Both the position numbers and the translations under genes were made by a program. Below the pieces are notes generated by a model. The model did no database searches. It was not told the DNA's origin and saw nothing but the letters and a program-made list of their open reading frames with translations. Shown here one piece after another: positions 39,245-49,210 of a DNA stretch of 64,000 nucleotides (position 1 is its first letter; each line of letters opens with the position of its first letter). The DNA lies in NCBI GenBank assembly GCA_963789465.1, contig CAWBLL010000019.1:782173-846172 (forward strand), read 5' to 3'. This DNA comes from an uncultured Bacteroidales bacterium. GTDB taxonomy: Bacteria; Bacteroidota; Bacteroidia; Bacteroidales; VadinHA17.

Positions 39245-41266
39245 TTGTTAAATATCTTTTTTGCAATAGTTGCTTTTGTCCTTATAAGCGTTTTGTTTCT
39301 AAATATCAGAGGCAAAGGCATTATTACCTTGTCAGCAGTCTTTGTAATTGCTGCACTTAGCAGTGTGTATGCAGTGAGGGCTCTTTCCGGAAATACCTTT
39401 GAGGCATTATTCAGGGGAAATGAGCTTTTCGGAAATGTCTTGCTGAAAATAGATTCATTGTCGGCCTGGTTTATCCTGATTATAAACTTCACTATGCTTA
39501 CCGGTTCGTTCTACGGTTTCAGCTATATGAAGCAATATGCCGGAAGGAAGAGCGATATTACCCTTCATTGCGTCGCATTTATTCTTCTTCAGGTCTCCAT
39601 GATCGGAATCTGCACGGTTCAGAATGGATTTGTATTTATGATATTATGGGAACTGCTTGCGATATCCGTATTTATTCTTGTAATATTTGACCATGGCAGG
39701 AATGATACAGTAAGAGCTGGATTCAATTATCTGGTGCAGTCGCATTTAAGCATAGTTTTCATTATGCTTGGATTCATTTATGTCGGTTACAAAACTGGCA
39801 GCTATAACTTCGATGCGATTTCAGATTTTTCCAGACAGCAGTCGACACTTGCAGGTACAACACTATTCCTCTGTTTCTTTATCGGTTTTGCCTTGAAATC
39901 CGGCTTTGTCCCTTTCCATACATGGTTGCCATACGCTCATCCTGCAGCTCCTTCACACGTTTCAGCAATAATGTCGGGCGTTGTAATAAAAATCGGCATC
40001 TATGGTATCCTCAGGATGTTGTTGCTGATCAGAACAGATTATACCACAATAGGTTATATAATTCTGATCATTTCTGTACTGACCGGGATCTATGGAGTTA
40101 TGCTTGCTATCATTCAGCATGATCTCAAAAAATTACTCGCATATCATAGTATCGAGAACATTGGAATCATTGGTATCGGGATAGGAGTTGGCTGTATCGG
40201 ATTGGGAGCGTCAAACAAATGGATGGCGATTCTCGGCTTCTCGGGTGCCTTGCTTCATACGCTTAACCATTCACTGTTCAAATCACTATTATTCTATAGC
40301 ACAGGTAATGTATTGCAGGCTGTTCATACTGTAAATGTAGAAAAACTTGGCGGATTAATTAAAAAGATGCCTCATACTGCCCTTCTCTTTCTGGCTGCAG
40401 CCATTGCAATTTGCGGTTTGCCTCCGCTTAACGGGTTTATCTCCGAATTTCTCATCTATGGAGGACTTTATAACTGGCTATACAGTGCCTCACTGTTATC
40501 CCTGATAACAATAGTGTTTTCAATTGTTGGTCTGGTTCTTATCGGAGGCCTGGCCATATTGTGTTTCACCAAAGCTTTCGGGATAGTTTTTCTTGGTAAT
40601 TCACGCTTTGTGGATATATCTGAGGTAAAGGAGACTGGAGCCGGGCAGCTGATACCAATGTATGCTGCCGCTTCCCTGATGATCATGATAGGTCTTTTCC
40701 CTTCGTTATTTATCAGTATGCTTCAAAGGCCCGTGAATCTTTTTACCCATGATGTTGTTTTCAATCTGAATCTCATAAAGGTCGGGTCAATTGATTCCCT
40801 TGAGGTAATTAACAGGTTATTCCTGGTATTTATTCTTCTTGTCCTTTTCATCATGCTCCTGAGAAAGATGGCAGGGAGGAAAAAGATAATTCATTCTGGT
40901 CCGACATGGGGTTGCGGCTATTCTGCTGCTGGCAGCAAGCTTCAGTATACTGCTAATTCTTTTGTGAGGAGTTATTCAAAACTTGCTAAGCCGATACTCG
41001 ATATTGAAAAGAAAGAGATGGAGATTACAGAAGTATTTCCTCTTGAAAAACGTTATGAAACAGAGTCTTATGATAAGATGGAGAGAATACTTATCGACAG
41101 GCCTGTCGGACTTATTAACAAATTTCTGGAGTATTTTACGTTTTTGCAGAACGGAAGGCTCCAACGATATATTCTGTATGGCATAATTTTCATTTCGGCT
41201 CTTGTCATAGTGCCGCTTGTTTTAGAAAAGATAACCATATTGCTGCATTTTTTAAATAATCTGTAA
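39245..41266 (+). CDS. hyfB: Ehr/Hyf-type antiporter-like membrane subunit (HyfB/NuoL-MrpA family)
   Basis: LWELL, ALKSGFVPFHTWLPYAHPAAPSHVSA, KKLLAYHSIENIGII, NHSLFK, SEFLIY, TWGCGY. Confidence 0.88.
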   Translation: MLNIFFAIVAFVLISVLFLNIRGKGIITLSAVFVIAALSSVYAVRALSGNTFEALFRGNELFGNVLLKIDSLSAWFILIINFTMLTGSFYGFSYMKQYAGRKSDITLHCVAFILLQVSMIGICTVQNGFVFMILWELLAISVFILVIFDHGRNDTVRAGFNYLVQSHLSIVFIMLGFIYVGYKTGSYNFDAISDFSRQQSTLAGTTLFLCFFIGFALKSGFVPFHTWLPYAHPAAPSHVSAIMSGVVIKIGIYGILRMLLLIRTDYTTIGYIILIISVLTGIYGVMLAIIQHDLKKLLAYHSIENIGIIGIGIGVGCIGLGASNKWMAILGFSGALLHTLNHSLFKSLLFYSTGNVLQAVHTVNVEKLGGLIKKMPHTALLFLAAAIAICGLPPLNGFISEFLIYGGLYNWLYSASLLSLITIVFSIVGLVLIGGLAILCFTKAFGIVFLGNSRFVDISEVKETGAGQLIPMYAAASLMIMIGLFPSLFISMLQRPVNLFTHDVVFNLNLIKVGSIDSLEVINRLFLVFILLVLFIMLLRKMAGRKKIIHSGPTWGCGYSAAGSKLQYTANSFVRSYSKLAKPILDIEKKEMEITEVFPLEKRYETESYDKMERILIDRPVGLINKFLEYFTFLQNGRLQRYILYGIIFISALVIVPLVLEKITILLHFLNNL

Positions 41267-42172
41267 ATGCTGAGTCTGATTCTTATATTGTCTGCCGCAG
41301 TTATTTTTCCCGGAATAATTCTCAGGACCAAGAGTATTGCTTCAGGTCGTAAGGGACCGGGTATAATGCAGCCGTTGAAGGATATTGTCAGGTTATTCAG
41401 AAAGGGATCTGTGTACAGCGAAACTACGAGCATTATATTCCGAATCGCACCTGTTATAAGCTTTTCATCGGTGGTTATGGCTTGCCTTGTGATACCTTTC
41501 AGCAGCTACAAGGGTGTGGTTAGTTTTGACGGCGATTTCATATTTTTTGCATACATACTTGCTCTGGGACGATTTTTCATCATTATCTCGGCTCTGGATA
41601 CGGGAAGCAGTTTTGAAGGAATGGGAGCAAGCCGTGAAGCACTCTTTTCCATTTTTGCAGAACCGGCGTTTTTTATCCTGATCGGCTCGTTTGCCCTGTT
41701 TACTGACAACACCTCTTTCTATAAAATATTTTCTATTCTCCATCTGAACTCGTCAATAACCTATACGCTGGGTGTACTTGCAGCCATGGTATTCATTATG
41801 CTCTCAATGATTGAAAACAGCCGTATGCCCGTCGATGATCCGAAGACTCATCTTGAACTAACAATGATACATGAGGTTATGGTGTTGGATAACAGCGGAT
41901 TTGATCTCGGATTAATACTTGCTTCGGGATATTTGAAATTTGCCATCTATGGTGCCATTATCGCTGATTTCTTTATCGCAGGTTTATCTGTACAATTTGC
42001 CATACCGCTCTTCCTGCTGATCCAGGTTGTTGTCGCGGTTTCAGCAGGGATGATAGAATCATTTATGGCCAGGTTCAGAATGAATCACAACCCTCAGTTT
42101 ATCCTGGTATTATCATCTGTCAGCTTCCTGATTTTCATGGGCGTATTGCTTGTTCTTGAAAAATTTGCCTGA
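41267..42172 (+). CDS. hyfC: Ehr/Hyf-type NuoH-like subunit (HyfC/HycD)
   Basis: GRKGPGIMQP, LDTGSSFEGMGASRE, ENSRMPVDDPKTHLELTMIHE. Confidence 0.88.
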   Translation: MLSLILILSAAVIFPGIILRTKSIASGRKGPGIMQPLKDIVRLFRKGSVYSETTSIIFRIAPVISFSSVVMACLVIPFSSYKGVVSFDGDFIFFAYILALGRFFIIISALDTGSSFEGMGASREALFSIFAEPAFFILIGSFALFTDNTSFYKIFSILHLNSSITYTLGVLAAMVFIMLSMIENSRMPVDDPKTHLELTMIHEVMVLDNSGFDLGLILASGYLKFAIYGAIIADFFIAGLSVQFAIPLFLLIQVVVAVSAGMIESFMARFRMNHNPQFILVLSSVSFLIFMGVLLVLEKFA

Positions 42173-42183
42173 AAAATAAAACC

Positions 42184-42816
42184 ATGACAAACGTATTGCT
42201 TATCATATTCATAATTAGCTTATTATATTTTTCAATCGCGAACAGGATTAGTACCTATGTCAGATTACTTGCCTTACAGGGTGTCATTCTATTCGGCGTC
42301 ACCTTTCTCCATCTTCAGGAGGTAAGAACATGGAACCTGATCCTGATTCTTCTGGAAACGGTGATTTTTAAGACAATTGCCGTGCCATATTTCCTGTCAT
42401 ACATTATTAAAAGAAACAAGATAACGCGTGAGGCAGAGCCTTATCTGCCAAATTTTATCTCATTGCTGATCATTACCATGATTGTAGTTGCAACCGTATT
42501 GCTTGCCAACTCAATTCACGATAGCCATCTTGATAAGCTTTTCTTTATAGTTTCACTGTCAACTCTTTTCACAGGGCTCTATTTTATTGCTTCCAGGAAA
42601 AAGATCATTACACATGTAATGGGATATCTGATTATTGAAAATGGAGTATTCGTACTCTCCCTTGCAGTGGGGAATGAGATGCCAAATCTTGTGAACCTGG
42701 GCATTATGCTAGATGTGTTTGCCAGCGTACTCATTCTCGGTGTTTTTCTGAATAAGATCGGTGATGTTTTCAGGGATGCGGATGTTGATCAGCTGAGTGA
42801 TCTGAAAGATTATTAA
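42184..42816 (+). CDS. hyfE: Ehr/Hyf-type HyfE membrane subunit
   Basis: LALQG, IFKTIAVP, GYLIIENG, LGIMLD motifs. Confidence 0.85.
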   Translation: MTNVLLIIFIISLLYFSIANRISTYVRLLALQGVILFGVTFLHLQEVRTWNLILILLETVIFKTIAVPYFLSYIIKRNKITREAEPYLPNFISLLIITMIVVATVLLANSIHDSHLDKLFFIVSLSTLFTGLYFIASRKKIITHVMGYLIIENGVFVLSLAVGNEMPNLVNLGIMLDVFASVLILGVFLNKIGDVFRDADVDQLSDLKDY

Positions 42817-42824
42817 ACAAAAAG

Positions 42825-44255
42825 ATGATGACCGCACTATATCTGATAGGTTCATTTTTGATAGCATGTCTTCTGCTGGCAAACCGCAGTACAACTATTA
42901 ACAATATGCTGGTTATCGCTTTTGCCGTTCTGCAGACCTGTTTTACATTTTCATCCTGTCTCAGTTACCGGACCACGGCACTTGAATATTTTACATTCGA
43001 TTCCCTTGGATTACTCCTTATGCTGACTTTAAGCGTCATAACCATTCCTGCCCTGATTCATAGTCATATCTATATAACCGGGCATGATGAGACCCCGGAG
43101 TCAAGGAGTATTTATTTTTCTTCACTTATCCTTCTCATCACCTCAATAACTGCTGCATATATTTCAAATCATATTGCCGTAATCTGGATCTTTACGGAGC
43201 TGACAACCTTATCTGCATCAATGCTGATATATCATCACAGGAACAAGCTTGCTCTGGAAGGCACCTGGAAATATGTATTTATCTGTGCAATAAGCATTAC
43301 GTTTGTCTTCATCGGTATTCTCTTTCTCAGCCTGTCACTGCAGCATGCCGGATCGCAAGATCTCTCCTTCGCCAATCTGCTTGCATATAGAGACAGGCTG
43401 AATCCATTCTGGCTTAAGCTCTCTTTCCTGTTTATATTCACCGGATACACAGCAAAAATGGGTCTTGTACCTATGTATACCGCAGGAATTGATGCAAAGG
43501 ATATTGCACCTGCTCCCGCCGGAGCCCTTCTTGCAACTGTTCTCATGAATATGGGTTTTGTTGCCATTTTCAGATTCTACACTATTATAGCGCAAACCAG
43601 CCTGTTTCACTGGACCAACATGGTTATAATCATTGCAGCCACCCTGTCAATATTTTTCGCAACTGTTTACATGACAAGAGTGGTGAATATCAAACGGATG
43701 TTTGCCTATTCCGGCATAGAACACATGGGGATAGTGATGTTGGGTATTGCTGCCGGGGGTATCGGATATTATGCAGCCATACTTCATATTATCCTGCATG
43801 CCCTTGCCAAGTCGGGTCTCTTTTTTCAGTTTAATCAGCTCTACAGGACTTTTCAGAGCAAAAGCATCCAACATGCCGGTAATTATTTTAAATATAATCC
43901 TTCCGGAGCTATTGTCCTGTTGCTCGGATTTATGAGCGCAGCGGCAATGCCCCCTTCAGGATTGTTCGTCAGCGAATTTCTGATCTTCCGGTCGCTGTTC
44001 GAGGCCAATCATATTATACTGCTTCTGACTGTTCTGCTGCTCCTGACAATTGTGATCTGGGCTTTCGGGAAAAATATATTCAAAATATTATTCATACCGC
44101 TTCCGGGACTGGACGAAACTCTCATCCCAAAAATTAGTCCCTGGGAATCACTTTCCCAGTATCTTCTGATCTTTGCAGCAATTTGGCTGGGGTTTTTTCC
44201 TCCTGATTTATTTGTTAATCTGATTAAGGATGCCGTTAAAATTCTACCACTCTGA
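42825..44255 (+). CDS. hyfF: Ehr/Hyf-type antiporter-like subunit (HyfF)
   Basis: IWIFTELTT, ALEGTWKY, GYTAKMGLVP, KRMFAYSGIEHMG, PPSGLFVSEF. Confidence 0.88.
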   Translation: MMTALYLIGSFLIACLLLANRSTTINNMLVIAFAVLQTCFTFSSCLSYRTTALEYFTFDSLGLLLMLTLSVITIPALIHSHIYITGHDETPESRSIYFSSLILLITSITAAYISNHIAVIWIFTELTTLSASMLIYHHRNKLALEGTWKYVFICAISITFVFIGILFLSLSLQHAGSQDLSFANLLAYRDRLNPFWLKLSFLFIFTGYTAKMGLVPMYTAGIDAKDIAPAPAGALLATVLMNMGFVAIFRFYTIIAQTSLFHWTNMVIIIAATLSIFFATVYMTRVVNIKRMFAYSGIEHMGIVMLGIAAGGIGYYAAILHIILHALAKSGLFFQFNQLYRTFQSKSIQHAGNYFKYNPSGAIVLLLGFMSAAAMPPSGLFVSEFLIFRSLFEANHIILLLTVLLLLTIVIWAFGKNIFKILFIPLPGLDETLIPKISPWESLSQYLLIFAAIWLGFFPPDLFVNLIKDAVKILPL

Positions 44256-44256
44256 T

Positions 44257-45756
44257 ATGAACCATATAACTCTAAAGAATCATCAGTCGGTCCCAGTCAG
44301 TTCTATTCCGGAAAGTGATTACGATGGTTTTCTGGATCTGAATACCAGCTTGCTTGACGGGCATCCGGAAAGACACTGTGTCCTTTATGTCGCCTATAAT
44401 TCTGATAATGGGATAAGGCTTATCTGCTGCATTGCAGATGATTCAGATGGGAGCATCTTGATCTCATCATCGTATGCTGACACGACCAGGCATTTCCGGT
44501 CTTTAACGGCAATAAACCTCTCATTTGAGAAATTTGAACGTGAGATACATGAGAATTTTGGAATTCTATACTCTGATCATCCATGGTTAAAGCCTCTCCG
44601 TTATCCGCAAAGCAGTGCAGGCAAGGCGGAGAAAATATCAGACTACCCCTTCTTCAGCGTAAGTGGTGATGAGATCCATGAGGTTGGTGTTGGTCCTGTT
44701 CATGCCGGTATTATTGAACCTGGTCATTTCAGATTTGTCTGCAATGGGGAACAGATCCTTCATCTGGAAATTCAACTTGGCTATCAGCACAGGGGGATAG
44801 AAAACTTGTTCCTTGAGAGGAAGAAGCTTCTTCAGAGAACCATCCTTGCTGAATCAATTGCCGGAGACAGCGCTGTCGGACATACAACAGCATTTGCATA
44901 TCTTTGGGAAAGTCTCTGTGGCATTCCTCAGACACCGGCAATATTATATTCAAGGACTCTTGCGCAGGAGCTGGAACGTATTGCCATACATACGGGTGAT
45001 CTCAGTGCGATATGTACCGATGTAGCTTATCAGCTTGGAAGTTCCGTGTTCGGAAGGCTCAGAACACCTCTTATTAATTTCTTTCAGGAATGGTGCGGTA
45101 ACCGCCTGGCCAAAGGGTTGATTAGGGGAGGATCTGATCCCTATCCCTTCACCGGAGATCTGGCCGGCCGGCTGAATATGGTACTTGATGAATTCGAGCC
45201 TGATTTTACAGAAATGAATAATGAGCTTTCAAAAATGCCAAGCTGTCTTTCCCGATTCGAGAGGACGGGTACAATGAGTTACAACCGGCTGCTGACTATT
45301 GGGGCTGTTGGAATGACAGCGAGGATGAACGGGTTGAACAGGGATATCCGAAGTTCCCATCCATACGGCCTGTACAATGAGATTGCCCATTCTCCTGTAA
45401 TTAAACATCATGGCGACGTATATTCACGGGTTCAGATCAGAAAGGAAGAGGTCAGACAATCGGTGTCATATATAAGGCAACTTCTTGGAAAAATTCCTGG
45501 AAAAACTGAATTTGAAGGAATGAAGCTTAAACCAAGGGGAAAGATGTTCGGAATTTCTCTTACCGAAGGATGGAGAGGAGAAATATGCCATGCTGCAATA
45601 ACGGATAAGAATGGGGATTTGCTTCTATATAAAGTAAAGGATCCCTCATTCCATAACTGGCTTGCCCTGGCTCTTGCCGTCAGGAATAATGAAATTTCGG
45701 ATTTTCCTGTCTGCAATAAGAGTTTCAACCTTTCCTATTGCGGGCACGACCTTTAA
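44257..45756 (+). CDS. Ehr large subunit (HycE/HyfG-like NuoC+NuoD fusion) lacking NiFe-binding motifs
   Basis: VGPVHAGIIEPGHFRF, GYQHRG, ELERIA, EGWRGE, KVKDPS; L1 site reads ESIAGDSAVGH, L2 site reads KSFNLSYCGHDL. Start taken as ATG 44257. Confidence 0.9.
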   Translation: MNHITLKNHQSVPVSSIPESDYDGFLDLNTSLLDGHPERHCVLYVAYNSDNGIRLICCIADDSDGSILISSSYADTTRHFRSLTAINLSFEKFEREIHENFGILYSDHPWLKPLRYPQSSAGKAEKISDYPFFSVSGDEIHEVGVGPVHAGIIEPGHFRFVCNGEQILHLEIQLGYQHRGIENLFLERKKLLQRTILAESIAGDSAVGHTTAFAYLWESLCGIPQTPAILYSRTLAQELERIAIHTGDLSAICTDVAYQLGSSVFGRLRTPLINFFQEWCGNRLAKGLIRGGSDPYPFTGDLAGRLNMVLDEFEPDFTEMNNELSKMPSCLSRFERTGTMSYNRLLTIGAVGMTARMNGLNRDIRSSHPYGLYNEIAHSPVIKHHGDVYSRVQIRKEEVRQSVSYIRQLLGKIPGKTEFEGMKLKPRGKMFGISLTEGWRGEICHAAITDKNGDLLLYKVKDPSFHNWLALALAVRNNEISDFPVCNKSFNLSYCGHDL

Positions 45757-45775
45757 TAAGTCAACTGAAGAAATA

Positions 45776-46531
45776 ATGATAAGGACAATTAAAATATTAT
45801 ATCACCAGGGGAAACAATATATTCCCGATCTGACAACAGCAACAGTTCCGGGTATTTTCAGAGGACGACCTGAAATAAGCTGGACAAAGGCTGAGGGAGA
45901 AGCCATAGCTGAAATTTGCCCGGTAAATGCAATATATACTGCACCTTTAAGGATTGATATGGGAAGATGCACATTCTGCGGTGAGTGCTCACGATTATTC
46001 CCCGGTAAAATACGGTTTACTACGGACTACAGGCTCTCGTCGAACAACAGGAAGAGCCTGGTGATCTCCGAAGGCTCACATGAGCCTGTCAGACTCGATC
46101 CGGATCTTATACGAAAAGAGATCCGCAGCTGTTTCAAGGGCTCTCTCAAACTACGGCAGGTTTCGGCAGGAGGGGACAATAGTTGTGAGCTTGAGCTGAA
46201 TGCATGCAGCAATGTCAATTTTGATATGGGACGTTATGGCATTGAATTTGTTGCTTCACCACGCCATGCCGACGGGATTGTCATTACCGGCCCACTGTCC
46301 TCTAATATGGCTGAACCTCTTCAGATGACATACGACGCAATACCTGAACCCCGGATCATAGTGCTTGCCGGTACTGATGCTATTAGCGGAGGTATTTTTG
46401 AAGGAAGTCCCGCTCTTGACAGAAAATTTATTGAACAAAATCATATTGATCTGTATGTACCGGGAAATCCTATACATCCTCTGACTTTCATTAACGGGAT
46501 CACCGATCTCGTGGGAATAAAATCCCGGTAA
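45776..46531 (+). CDS. Ehr small subunit (NuoI-like ferredoxin fused to HycG/NuoB-like domain) with degenerate Fe-S motifs
   Basis: ICPVNAI and CTFCGEC; ASPRHADGIVITGP; GGDNSCE, GTDAISGG, PGNPIHP. Start taken as ATG 45776. Confidence 0.88.
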   Translation: MIRTIKILYHQGKQYIPDLTTATVPGIFRGRPEISWTKAEGEAIAEICPVNAIYTAPLRIDMGRCTFCGECSRLFPGKIRFTTDYRLSSNNRKSLVISEGSHEPVRLDPDLIRKEIRSCFKGSLKLRQVSAGGDNSCELELNACSNVNFDMGRYGIEFVASPRHADGIVITGPLSSNMAEPLQMTYDAIPEPRIIVLAGTDAISGGIFEGSPALDRKFIEQNHIDLYVPGNPIHPLTFINGITDLVGIKSR

Positions 46532-46572
46532 TGAATACTAACCAGCACCGCAGGCTGTCTCTCCTTTTTCTT

Positions 46573-46673
46573 ACATCTCCCTTACCCCCTTCAATGGGAA
46601 ATCAGCCTGCCGATCATCCTTCTTTTTGCCTTACTCCTTACTCCTGACGCCTGACGCCTGACGCCTGATGCCT
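46573..46673 (-). repeat. Composite dispersed repeat, copy 2 (heptamer array + about 50-bp core)
   Basis: Minus strand: catcagg cgtcagg cgtcagg cgtcagg agtaagg agtaagg caaaaag aaggatgatcggcaggctgatttcccattgaagggggtaagggagatgt; starts right after the ggt stop. Confidence 0.85.
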
Positions 46674-48362
46674 TCAATATCCCGCAGCCTGTCCGTCTTT
46701 CCTCGATTCTGAAGCGCCGTACCAGACCTTGTTTTTGGCATCCCACATAATTGCCTGATATCCACCGTAACCTCCCAGATCCCACTGCACTTTATGTCCC
46801 ATATTTATCAGTTTTTGAATAACCTCCCAGCGGAATCCGGATTCCAAAAGCAGGGTCCCTCCGTCAGTCATCTGCTGACCAGTAGGTTCGGATGAGCCGA
46901 CATGATGAATTCTGGGAGCATCCCCTGCTTCCTGAAGATTCATCTTGAAGTCGACCAGATTGATAACTATCTGTGCCTGTCCCTGGGGCTGCATATCTCC
47001 CCCCATTACCCCAAAACTGATCCAGGGTTTTCCTTTTTTTGTGATGAAAGAGGGGATTATTGTGTGAAAAGGTCTTTTTCCCGGAGCATACATATTATTG
47101 TGGCCTTCGGACAGACTGAACATTTCACCGCGATCCTGGAGAACAAATCCGAGTCCGGTCGGACACATTCCTGATCCCATGCCCCGGTAATTGCTTTGTA
47201 TAAGTGATACCATATTACCGAATCTGTCTGCTACAGTCAGGTATACGGTATTGCCGGCCTCAATTTTACCACTGTCATAAATATTTGCCGCCTTTTCAGG
47301 ATTAATGAGTTTTCTTCTTTCGACAGCATACTTTTTTGATATCAGCTTTTCCACGGGTATATCGTTGAATCGTGGATCGGCATAATACCTGGCACGGTCC
47401 TCAAAAGCCAGTTTTTTGGCCTCTGTAAACACATGAATGTATTCGGCAGATCCAAATCCCATTGAAGCTATATCAAAGCCTTCGAGTATATTAAGGATCT
47501 GAAGGGTAGCTATACCTTGTCCGTTTGGAGGCAGTTCCCAGACTTCTACTCCCCTGTAGGTTGATTTGACGGGTTCCACCCATTCTGAATGATGACGGGC
47601 AAGGTCCTCATACGAAAGAAACCCCCCCTGCTTCTTCATGAAAGCACCAATGTCCCGTGCGATACTGCCCCTGTAGAACTCATTTCTTCCACCTCGTACG
47701 ATTTTTTCAAGAGTCGATGCCAGTTGTGGATTTTTAAAGATTGTGCCTTTTGCCGGAGACTTTCCTCCTGGCATATACACCTCTTTTATATTCGGATAGT
47801 CCTTGAGAATTTCAAGGTTTTTTGCAAGGGAGTAAGCTATAACTTCGGTAACCGGGAAACCATCCCTGGCATAATTAATTGCAGGCTGCAAGATATCCTT
47901 CATTGGAAGCCGGCCAAACATCTCATTCATCTCATACCAGCCGTCTACACAACCCGGAACTGAAACAGGCAAAGGACCATACGACGGTATAAGCTCATAC
48001 CCGTTATCCCTGAAATATTCCATCTTAAGAGATCTCGGTGATCTGCCGCTGCCATTCAAACCATAAAGCTTTTCCTTGTCGGCGCTCCATATCAGAGCAA
48101 AAATATCACCACCGATACCGGCTCCCGTCGGTTCTACAACACCCAGAACTGCATTGGCTGCAATTGCAGCATCTATCGCATTGCCCCCTTTCTTTAAAAT
48201 GTCAAGTGCAACCTGAGTTGCCAAAGGGTGACTAGTAGCGGCCATCCCGTTACGTGCAATGATTTCTGACCTGGTGGCAAACTCCCTTCCCGTGATACGG
48301 TCCTGAGAGAACAACCCGGCATGAATGGCCAATAAGATCGTCAGAAAGAATATTCTCGTCAT
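46674..48362 (-). CDS. ggt: Gamma-glutamyltransferase, exported
   Basis: GGNAIDAAIA, EPTGAGIGGD, ELPPNGQG, GNTVY (Thr nucleophile), PGKRPFHTIIP, GGDMQPQG, SRKDG. Confidence 0.94.
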   Translation of the reverse strand: MTRIFFLTILLAIHAGLFSQDRITGREFATRSEIIARNGMAATSHPLATQVALDILKKGGNAIDAAIAANAVLGVVEPTGAGIGGDIFALIWSADKEKLYGLNGSGRSPRSLKMEYFRDNGYELIPSYGPLPVSVPGCVDGWYEMNEMFGRLPMKDILQPAINYARDGFPVTEVIAYSLAKNLEILKDYPNIKEVYMPGGKSPAKGTIFKNPQLASTLEKIVRGGRNEFYRGSIARDIGAFMKKQGGFLSYEDLARHHSEWVEPVKSTYRGVEVWELPPNGQGIATLQILNILEGFDIASMGFGSAEYIHVFTEAKKLAFEDRARYYADPRFNDIPVEKLISKKYAVERRKLINPEKAANIYDSGKIEAGNTVYLTVADRFGNMVSLIQSNYRGMGSGMCPTGLGFVLQDRGEMFSLSEGHNNMYAPGKRPFHTIIPSFITKKGKPWISFGVMGGDMQPQGQAQIVINLVDFKMNLQEAGDAPRIHHVGSSEPTGQQMTDGGTLLLESGFRWEVIQKLINMGHKVQWDLGGYGGYQAIMWDAKNKVWYGASESRKDGQAAGY

Positions 48363-48404
48363 CGCTGAATTAATTTTATCTGTAAAGGTAAAAAACTGAA
48401 GTTA

Positions 48405-49112
48405 CTATTTTATCATCGCCTTTGCTTTTAATTCCAGCGGCATTTTTTCAATCGAGTATCTCAGGGATGTTCTCGGCATTATTGTCCTGTGGCTCATAAT
48501 ATAGTTGAAAACTTTTTCCTGGTGAGCCTGGCTTGCTGCTTTAAGCATCCAACCGTAACCTTTCTGAACCATGTCATCCTTGTCAGTGAGGAGTAAGTCA
48601 GAAATTTCAAAGATATCTTCCAGGAATTTGCCATTCCTGGCAGGCACAATAAGGGATACTGCAGAAGCACGCTTTACCCATCTGTCTTCTGATTTTGCCC
48701 ATTCTTTTAGTTTTGCCAGCAGAGAAGGATACATTTCAACCAGAGTCCCGACCGAATGATTGCATAGAGTATCACATGATGCCCAGTTACCGACATAGTT
48801 CCTTACCCAGTTGTCGAAAAATCCAAAATCTGAGTACTCATAATCCTTATGAAGATAATATGACCAGTTACATGCAATGAACGACTCTTCCATAATGCCT
48901 GATTGCCACAGTGCATCACAGAGGGAGAATATTTCCGTTTTGCTTTTGTGCTCTATCCGCCTGAAGTGATCCTTTCCAATATTCTTAACAATGGCAGATT
49001 TTATGCCATACATCCGTACCTCTTCTTTGAAGAACCTCTCACCTGATTCTTTTACCTTATCATCTGCATTGCGGATAAGCTCCTCCCTTAAGTCATTCAA
49101 TAAGTTTCTCAT
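48405..49112 (-). CDS. DNA alkylation repair protein (AlkD-like HEAT family)
   Basis: GNWASCDTLC, WAKSEDRWVKRAS, DMVQKGYGWMLK, MPRTSLRYSIEK. Confidence 0.88.
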   Translation of the reverse strand: MRNLLNDLREELIRNADDKVKESGERFFKEEVRMYGIKSAIVKNIGKDHFRRIEHKSKTEIFSLCDALWQSGIMEESFIACNWSYYLHKDYEYSDFGFFDNWVRNYVGNWASCDTLCNHSVGTLVEMYPSLLAKLKEWAKSEDRWVKRASAVSLIVPARNGKFLEDIFEISDLLLTDKDDMVQKGYGWMLKAASQAHQEKVFNYIMSHRTIMPRTSLRYSIEKMPLELKAKAMIK

Positions 49113-49210
49113 TTCCTGAACTTTTATTGAAAGTCAAAGTTACAGGAATCGCTGACAGACACAATATGCAGCAGGGAGATAAATTAAAATTTCAGCACAA
49201 ATCCATTATG

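Noticed and set aside
39245-46531. Annotation as hydrogenase-4 / formate hydrogenlyase or complex I
   Set aside because: NiFe cysteine motifs are absent and there are no NuoA/J/EFG or fdh genes; hyf symbols are used for homology only.
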